From Candidatus Norongarragalinales archaeon (GTDB lineage: Archaea > Micrarchaeota > Micrarchaeia > Norongarragalinales > Norongarragalinaceae), in the NCBI GenBank assembly GCA_038884755.1, contig JAWABJ010000004.1, positions 1 through 11,598 of the forward strand: DNA of 11,598 nt, in the 5' to 3' direction. A program made the translations under genes and the position numbers. Shown here piece by piece: positions 1 to 9,200 of this stretch. The notes beneath the pieces were generated by a model. The model saw nothing but the letters and a program-made list of their open reading frames with translations, was not told the origin of the DNA and did no database searches. Each line of letters opens with the position of its first letter. Position 1 is the stretch's first letter.

Positions 1-199
1 TAGCTTGGCCAACTAATTTAGAGTGAATGCGTGTATGGCGATAACCTTGTGTTTTTAGGAATTGATTGATGGCATCTCTACCTAAGTAGTCAATCAACTG
101 ATTTGTGGCAATATTACTACTATGATTAATCATTTCTGCCATCAGTACTCCGAGGGAATAGTGCTTGCCTGGTACGATTGAAGCTGAGTCTTCTGTATA
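1..199 (-). pseudogene. 5'-truncated class A beta-lactamase-like serine hydrolase (Beta-lactamase2 / PBP-A-like) gene fragment, running off the left edge
   Basis: Manual minus-strand translation is open from 232 to 2: GLVWGLALAVP-YTEDSASIVPGKHYSLGVLMAEMINHSSNIATNQLIDYLGRDAINQFLKTQGYRHTRIHSKLVGQA. The segment MI..SSN.ATNQLIDYLG...IN..L...G...T.I matches the SxN helix region of class A beta-lactamase-like proteins (recognised from memory, not searched). The first in-frame upstream stop is TGA at 254-256, inside repeat 1, so there is no room for the N-terminal SxxK motif. An internal ATG at 142 has GGAG 5 nt upstream. Confidence 0.75.
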
Positions 200-233
200 G
201 GGGACAGCGAGAGCCAGTCCCCAGACCAAGCCC

Positions 234-3200
234 GTGCTCAACGCCTTACGGCATCAAAGGGTTTTGCACCGGGCATTTGTAGTGGGTGTAAATTTCCAAA
301 AAACGGTGCTCAACGCCTTACGGCATCAAAGGGTTTTGCACGCGCGGGTTATTTGCTGACTTTGCAACAAGAACCCCGCAAGTGCTCAACGCCTTACGGC
401 ATCAAAGGGTTTTGCACTCTTGACGAAGCGGGGTTATTTCTTAATGCCCGAGTGCTCAACGCCTTACGGCATCAAAGGGTTTTGCACATAACCAGATAAC
501 CCAAGGAAACCCACGCATAGCAGGTGCTCAACGTCTTACGGCATCAAAGGGTTTTGCACGATCCAAAAAAACCTCCTCGTTCAAAAACTAAAAAGTGCTC
601 AACGCCTTACGGCATCAAAGGGTTTTGCACTAGCCTACAACGTTCCGCGTGACAACGGCGTTTTTGTGCTCAACGCCTTACGGCATCAAAGGGTTTTGCA
701 CCCCGTGTTACTAGACGGGGTTCGAGCAAACGAAGCCAGTGCTCAACGCCTTACGGCATCAAAGGGTTTTGCACGCCGGCGATTGTCTACTCTGAAGCTG
801 ATCCTCAGATGTGCTCAACGCCTTACGGCATCAAAGGGTTTTGCACGTCGTTGATGTTCTCAAATGATTCTGTTGTTCCTGAGTGCTCAACGCCTTACGG
901 CATCAAAGGGTTTTGCACTCTCTAACAAGAAACTTGCAACTGCTCCTAGCGCGTGCTCAACGCCTTACGGCATCAAAGGGTTTTGCACCGTCAGGAGCCG
1001 AAATTGACGATCAACTTGGCCATGTGCTCAACGCCTTACGGCATCAAAGGGTTTTGCACAGCAATAATGGCAGGGATTTTGAGAATCCTAATGCGTGCTC
1101 AACGCCTTACGGCATCAAAGGGTTTTGCACGGCGAAGCCCCCCTCAAATCCAAAAAAGGAATTAACGGTGCTCAACGCCTTACGGCATCAAAGGGTTTTG
1201 CACCAAAGCAGCACCAGCCAACCCCCCAAGGGAGTTAACGTGCTCAACGCCTTACGGCATCAAAGGGTTTTGCACATCCCGATTTGATCAAGAATGCGAT
1301 CGCCTTGCTATGGTGCTCAACGCCTTACGGCATCAAAGGGTTTTGCACAAGCTAACGGCAATGCAAACCTTGCTAGAGATGACGTGCTCAACGCCTTACG
1401 GCATCAAAGGGTTTTGCACCTTGATAAACCTTACGATTGTACTGTTCTCACTGCTGTGCTCAACGCCTTACGGCATCAAAGGGTTTTGCACCGCTTCCTC
1501 CTGCGGCTGGCTCGCCTTGATAGCTAGTGCTCAACGCCTTACGGCATCAAAGGGTTTTGCACGTGGTTCTTATTGTTGGGCTTCCTCGCACGAATTTGTG
1601 CTCAACGCCTTACGGCATCAAAGGGTTTTGCACTGCTTGACGCGACGTACATATCCTATATAAAATATAGTGCTCAACGCCTTACGGCATCAAAGGGTTT
1701 TGCACTTCTGCTCACCCCCCCACCCCCACACCTATTCAAGTGCTCAACGCCTTACGGCATCAAAGGGTTTTGCACCCGTGAATCTTTAAATCACTGTATC
1801 GATACCATAGTGCTCAACGCCTTACGGCATCAAAGGGTTTTGCACGTTTTCACGAACTACCCGGTAGAAATGAGCAGCAAGTGCTCAACGCCTTACGGCA
1901 TCAAAGGGTTTTGCACGCCACCCTACTAACTCCCTAATTATTTCGCTAAGTCGTGCTCAACGCCTTACGGCATCAAAGGGTTTTGCACTTTATACCAATT
2001 TGGATGGTCCGGTGAATTAATTTGTGCTCAACGCCTTACGGCATCAAAGGGTTTTGCACTTCAAAAATCCCTGGACTGGCTTTTCCGCCAGGTTTGTGCT
2101 CAACGCCTTACGGCATCAAAGGGTTTTGCACGTCGTATCGAGGTTTTCCTTCGTGAGACTTCCTGGCCGTGCTCAACGCCTTACGGCATCAAAGGGTTTT
2201 GCACAAGGGCATCAGCGCGCTCATCCCGAAAGCGAGCCTCGTGCTCAACGCCTTACGGCATCAAAGGGTTTTGCACAGCCAGTCAATTCCCAAAACAACA
2301 GAATCAGAAACGTGCTCAACGCCTTACGGCATCAAAGGGTTTTGCACGAGGGATGGAAGGCAAGCGATCTGGCCGAATTCCCCGTGCTCAACGCCTTACG
2401 GCATCAAAGGGTTTTGCACTTTGGAAAAATCATCCAGCCTAATATCGATCCGGGTAGTGCTCAACGCCTTACGGCATCAAAGGGTTTTGCACTGAAGGAG
2501 ATAAGAATTTGAAGCGCTGTCCATTTCTTGTGCTCAACGCCTTACGGCATCAAAGGGTTTTGCACTTCTACGACAAAGAAATAGAATCGCGGGGCAAAAT
2601 TCGTGCTCAACGCCTTACGGCATCAAAGGGTTTTGCACTCCACCAATATTTCAAGTGGTCGTATATCGAGCGCTGTGCTCAACGCCTTACGGCATCAAAG
2701 GGTTTTGCACTAGTTCAACTTTTGCCGCAATTAGAAATCAATTAGTGCTCAACGCCTTACGGCATCAAAGGGTTTTGCACTAGCAGCCCTCCCTTCCCTG
2801 GTCGGGCCACTAAGCCGTGCTCAACGCCTTACGGCATCAAAGGGTTTTGCACAACTGAATTTCCGATCACTTTCCCGATCGCCTTATCGTGCTCAACGCC
2901 TTACGGCATCAAAGGGTTTTGCACTTATTCTAGGAGAGGAATGACTTTTCTAGCAGAGTGCTCAACGCCTTACGGCATCAAAGGGTTTTGCACATTCCGG
3001 CAAGTTTCCTCCTCCCTTGCTCTTGCTGTGCTCAACGCCTTACGGCATCAAAGGGTTTTGCACGCTCAAACGGACGACCCCAAAATTCAAAAGAGGGACG
3101 TGCTCAACGCCTTACGGCATCAAAGGGTTTTGCACGGGAAAGCGGCCCCCAACAGGAGCCGGGAATGGAAATCGTGCTCAACGCCTTACGGCATCAAAGG

Positions 3201-6200
3201 GTTTTGCACTTCACGGAAATTGCGGGAATTCAGAAAAATCCCGGCTTGTGCTCAACGCCTTACGGCATCAAAGGGTTTTGCACTGACAACAACGGAGGAA
3301 TAAACATAAGCCCCTCCCGTGCTCAACGCCTTACGGCATCAAAGGGTTTTGCACTAGAAGGATTATTAGCAAACGCCCAGGAAACAACACGTGCTCAACG
3401 CCTTACGGCATCAAAGGGTTTTGCACGCACTCTATTTCCAAAATCTTTCCTCCAGGACACAAGTGCTCAACGCCTTACGGCATCAAAGGGTTTTGCACGC
3501 AAGTTTGTTTGGATTCCCTGGCTGATTGATAATGTGCTCAACGCCTTACGGCATCAAAGGGTTTTGCACAGCGCAATTTTGTTTGGATTCCTTGGTTGGT
3601 CGATGTGCTCAACGCCTTACGGCATCAAAGGGTTTTGCACCTCCAAGGTTTTCCCTCTTATCACCAATAAAGACTCGTGCTCAACGCCTTACGGCATCAA
3701 AGGGTTTTGCACGAAAGACGCTGCTCTTTAACCCTATCAACATCAACGTGCTCAACGCCTTACGGCATCAAAGGGTTTTGCACGGCGAACGGGGCCGGAA
3801 TCGATGGGAATATCGTATGTGCTCAACGCCTTACGGCATCAAAGGGTTTTGCACCTCAGTCCCAGTGCTAAGTATTTTTGCTTTCCACGTGCTCAACGCC
3901 TTACGGCATCAAAGGGTTTTGCACACAAAAAACAATCAGCAATTTTATCCAGTGAAAGTGTGCTCAACGCCTTACGGCATCAAAGGGTTTTGCACCTTCC
4001 CCACTAGGAGGAAATAGATAAGCAGACGCACGTGCTCAACGCCTTACGGCATCAAAGGGTTTTGCACCTGGGAAATCCCGGATGAACTTCCCTCCATAGT
4101 AGTGCTCAACGCCTTACGGCATCAAAGGGTTTTGCACCCGTCACCATCGCCGTCGCCGGGTCCTGAGCCAAGTCGTGCTCAACGCCTTACGGCATCAAAG
4201 GGTTTTGCACATCCTATATATTTGCCGCTCTCAGGACGGAGAGCGGTGCTCAACGCCTTACGGCATCAAAGGGTTTTGCACGAGGGAAAAACACTAGTAG
4301 GAAGGAAGAAGACTATTGTGCTCAACGCCTTACGGCATCAAAGGGTTTTGCACAACCTATAAGGATTGTTAGAAAGTCCCCAGGAAATAGGTGCTCAACG
4401 CCTTACGGCATCAAAGGGTTTTGCACGCCATCGCCATCGCCGTCGCCATCGCCATCGCCCGACCGTGCTCAACGCCTTACGGCATCAAAGGGTTTTGCAC
4501 CTAAAAAAGCGCAAACAAAAAGTGCAAGTTATTTTGTGCTCAACGCCTTACGGCATCAAAGGGTTTTGCACAAGCTTCAAGAATTATTAACGCAACAGCA
4601 AACATGTGCTCAACGCCTTACGGCATCAAAGGGTTTTGCACGAGAGCTTAGAGCGAACATTTCTCTTTTCGACTGGTGCTCAACGCCTTACGGCATCAAA
4701 GGGTTTTGCACGTGAGGAACCTTTAATTGAGGTTCCCGATCATCGCGTGCTCAACGCCTTACGGCATCAAAGGGTTTTGCACGTGGGAAGCGCTTGTCCT
4801 GGAAGCCGAGCAAGCCGGTGCTCAACGCCTTACGGCATCAAAGGGTTTTGCACTCTGGAAACTCGAAGAATGCCGAGATAGTCCGTTCGTGCTCAACGCC
4901 TTACGGCATCAAAGGGTTTTGCACTCGTTGCGGATATCAGCCCGCCGACAAGAAATGCGTGCTCAACGCCTTACGGCATCAAAGGGTTTTGCACCTCAGC
5001 AAAAGAAGTTTAACAGAAAAATAAGACTGTGCTCAACGCCTTACGGCATCAAAGGGTTTTGCACTGGATCGGGACCGAAATGGTCCACCTGCCTAAAAGT
5101 GCTCAACGCCTTACGGCATCAAAGGGTTTTGCACAGAAACTTACGATACTTCCACCAAAAAAGAAAATGTGCTCAACGCCTTACGGCATCAAAGGGTTTT
5201 GCACAGTTCACCTACTTGGTGATGCCGGTGCAGATTCGGGGTGCTCAACGCCTTACGGCATCAAAGGGTTTTGCACGTATAACCGGCCTAGCCGGGTCCA
5301 CCGGATCTCAGTGCTCAACGCCTTACGGCATCAAAGGGTTTTGCACCTTTCTCCAGGTTTCCGGGGCTAAGTCCCCGATCATGTGCTCAACGCCTTACGG
5401 CATCAAAGGGTTTTGCACGAGAAACGCTCCATCCCTCGAAACCTCTAGGAGAAGTGCTCAACGCCTTACGGCATCAAAGGGTTTTGCACGCGGCGCAAGT
5501 TTATTGCTAAGCTTCAGAAGATTGTGCTCAACGCCTTACGGCATCAAAGGGTTTTGCACTTGTGCTAAGCGTAAGTTTGTTTGGGTCCCTTGGCTGTGCT
5601 CAACGCCTTACGGCATCAAAGGGTTTTGCACCGCCCGCGCCAGGTTGCTGGCCCTCAGCGATCGGATGTGCTCAACGCCTTACGGCATCAAAGGGTTTTG
5701 CACTTGCTACCGCCCGTTTTATGTAGCGGCAAGATTCTTGTGCTCAACGCCTTACGGCATCAAAGGGTTTTGCACAGTAATTTGGGTGTCCAGTTCTTCT
5801 AGTTTTGTGGGTGCTCAACGCCTTACGGCATCAAAGGGTTTTGCACGACAAAATCGCTGTCAGCGTTGCCACGCACGCTGAGTGCTCAACGCCTTACGGC
5901 ATCAAAGGGTTTTGCACGTCGATGGGCTTTCAGCCCACCAGTTACTGCACTGTGCTCAACGCCTTACGGCATCAAAGGGTTTTGCACGTGAATCTTGCCG
6001 CTCCTTTGATGCCCCGATCGCGGGTGCTCAACGCCTTACGGCATCAAAGGGTTTTGCACTTCAATCCCAGGAAGACGATATCCCCGCCAGAGAGTGCTCA
6101 ACGCCTTACGGCATCAAAGGGTTTTGCACGACTTTGGCTCCTCCCCAGCTTGCCACGGTGGCAGGTGCTCAACGCCTTACGGCATCAAAGGGTTTTGCAC

Positions 6201-9200
6201 CGCAGTGCCAGTTCGCGCACCACTTGGGGTTTGCAGGGTGCTCAACGCCTTACGGCATCAAAGGGTTTTGCACATCGCTATTGCCTCTACGATCCCTATC
6301 CCCTACTGGTGCTCAACGCCTTACGGCATCAAAGGGTTTTGCACACAACAAATCGCAGCCAACCACTACCGATTGCAAACAGTGCTCAACGCCTTACGGC
6401 ATCAAAGGGTTTTGCACAGTGAGGATGTCAGGAACGTCCCGTGCGACATTGCCTCGTGCTCAACGCCTTACGGCATCAAAGGGTTTTGCACGACCGGCCC
6501 CAAACCGGCGCTCGCTTCAATCCGGGTGCTCAACGCCTTACGGCATCAAAGGGTTTTGCACCAAGAGAAAATAATCCTGGCAGGGCCGCAGAACCTGTGC
6601 TCAACGCCTTACGGCATCAAAGGGTTTTGCACGTATAAAGCCCGCGATTGGTAATCAAATTCCTGTCGTGCTCAACGCCTTACGGCATCAAAGGGTTTTG
6701 CACACGACACGGACATAAAAGAATATCGTTTCGCCTTTGTGCTCAACGCCTTACGGCATCAAAGGGTTTTGCACGTTGCAATGCAACTTCCGCATTGCAA
6801 CTAACCACGGTGCTCAACGCCTTACGGCATCAAAGGGTTTTGCACGAGATAAGACCCATCCCTCGAAACCTCTAGGAGAAGTGCTCAACGCCTTACGGCA
6901 TCAAAGGGTTTTGCACTGCCGGGAGTTGGCCAAAACCAAACCGTTGCAACGTGCTCAACGCCTTACGGCATCAAAGGGTTTTGCACCAGATAACAATCAG
7001 CCATTAATCAAGGGGAATAAGTGCTCAACGCCTTACGGCATCAAAGGGTTTTGCACTACTCAATATCCGTGAAAAACAAGCCAATCCGAGTAGTGCTCAA
7101 CGCCTTACGGCATCAAAGGGTTTTGCACCCGCAGAAGCCCTAGATCGTGAGCGATTCCCAGTCCGTGCTCAACGCCTTACGGCATCAAAGGGTTTTGCAC
7201 CCAGGGGCGACCGGGCCAAGGTTGAAGCTCTTGCCCGTGCTCAACGCCTTACGGCATCAAAGGGTTTTGCACGCAATAACAATCAGTTTCTCTACCTTCT
7301 TGGGCGGGTGCTCAACGCCTTACGGCATCAAAGGGTTTTGCACCGGTGGAGAAACGGTACGCCGCCGAGCGCGATTTCGTGCTCAACGCCTTACGGCATC
7401 AAAGGGTTTTGCACTCCCAGTATTGGGGTAGGGACTCACAGAGAACGTGTGCTCAACGCCTTACGGCATCAAAGGGTTTTGCACGATCGTGCCCCCTTGG
7501 TTCAGGTAGTCGCTAATGTGTGCTCAACGCCTTACGGCATCAAAGGGTTTTGCACTTATGAACTGGCCCAGGAGCTGAGGGCCAGACTCGTGTGCTCAAC
7601 GCCTTACGGCATCAAAGGGTTTTGCACTACCCAATTTCCCCCTTCCGATGGCCAAACCCATTGGTGCTCAACGCCTTACGGCATCAAAGGGTTTTGCACA
7701 ATGCCTGGGTATCCCGGCTGGGGAGGATATCTCGTGCTCAACGCCTTACGGCATCAAAGGGTTTTGCACGAAATTTCCAGGAAATTTCTAGGAAGTTTCC
7801 AGGAGTGCTCAACGCCTTACGGCATCAAAGGGTTTTGCACGAACGGGATTAGGCGCTGGCAGGTTTCCTGGCATTGTGCTCAACGCCTTACGGCATCAAA
7901 GGGTTTTGCACCACAGTGCGAAGAGTTGTATGGATGGAGATAGACTCGTGCTCAACGCCTTACGGCATCAAAGGGTTTTGCACGCTGGAACTCGGTACCG
8001 ACCGAGATCGAGGCTGCCTGGTGCTCAACGCCTTACGGCATCAAAGGGTTTTGCACTAAGTTCTCTGGCTGGTTAGTTGCAATGCGGAAGTTGGTGCTCA
8101 ACGCCTTACGGCATCAAAGGGTTTTGCACCGATCAGCCGTACTACTGAAGTAGCCACAGTGTGGAGTGCTCAACGCCTTACGGCATCAAAGGGTTTTGCA
8201 CGTCGCCACCTACCAGATCCGATCGGGGATTGACGCGTGCTCAACGCCTTACGGCATCAAAGGGTTTTGCACGCTGCTAAAGACTGGATCGATGAATTCG
8301 GTAATCAAGCGTGCTCAACGCCTTACGGCATCAAAGGGTTTTGCACCAGGGGGGCAACGAAAAACCCGTCAATGTCCAGTTGTGCTCAACGCCTTACGGC
8401 ATCAAAGGGTTTTGCACCCCAATCATCATCCGCGACCACAAGGAGGAGGAAATGTGCTCAACGCCTTACGGCATCAAAGGGTTTTGCACAAATTGGCGGG
8501 GATATTCCCCCCGCCGTCATGGAGTGCTCAACGCCTTACGGCATCAAAGGGTTTTGCACCTCGGGGGTGGGCTGGCATCAATCCCCGATCGGATCGGTGC
8601 TCAACGCCTTACGGCATCAAAGGGTTTTGCACGGGGGAATAGCCGCAATAGCCGTCGCCACCTACCAGTGCTCAACGCCTTACGGCATCAAAGGGTTTTG
8701 CACAGTCAAAATCTGATCAGCTTTAGATATAGCAGTATAGTGCTCAACGCCTTACGGCATCAAAGGGTTTTGCACTCCGCCGCCCCGGAATTGTAGGGAT
8801 AGAGATAAGACCGTGCTCAACGCCTTACGGCATCAAAGGGTTTTGCACCCAACCCCAAGAATGCCAACCGTTCGGCGTCATCCAGTGCTCAACGCCTTAC
8901 GGCATCAAAGGGTTTTGCACGCGCACCGTCGTACGCACTAAGCCACCATTGCCGGTGTGCTCAACGCCTTACGGCATCAAAGGGTTTTGCACATCGACTT
9001 GAATTGGGCAGAAAAACACCACCAAGATTGTGCTCAACGCCTTACGGCATCAAAGGGTTTTGCACCGCCCTTGGCCAAGATCACCGGGCAAGGGCAATCG
9101 CCGTGCTCAACGCCTTACGGCATCAAAGGGTTTTGCACAGTTCACCTACTTGGTGATGCCAGTGCGGATTCGGGGTGCTCAACGCCTTACGGCATCAAAG

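Noticed and set aside
61..97. TTGATTGA/TCAATCAA inverted repeat, and ATTGATTG recurring at 11591-11598
   Set aside because: 8-bp AT-rich matches inside a coding remnant and at the window edge cannot be distinguished from chance.
161..196. Possible degenerate terminal repeat (GTGCT begins 73 bp before repeat 1)
   Set aside because: Only 12/36 ungapped identity, and it lies within the serine-hydrolase-like reading frame, which explains the sequence better.
200..222. GGGGAC...GTCCCC hairpin as array terminator
   Set aside because: The stem is only 6 bp with no U-tract on the minus strand.
847..6023. 13-nt opposite-strand matches between spacers 847/2277 (AACAACAGAATCA) and 5704/5988 (GAATCTTGCCGCT)
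   Set aside because: The flanks do not align, and a match or so of this length is expected by chance among 150 spacers.
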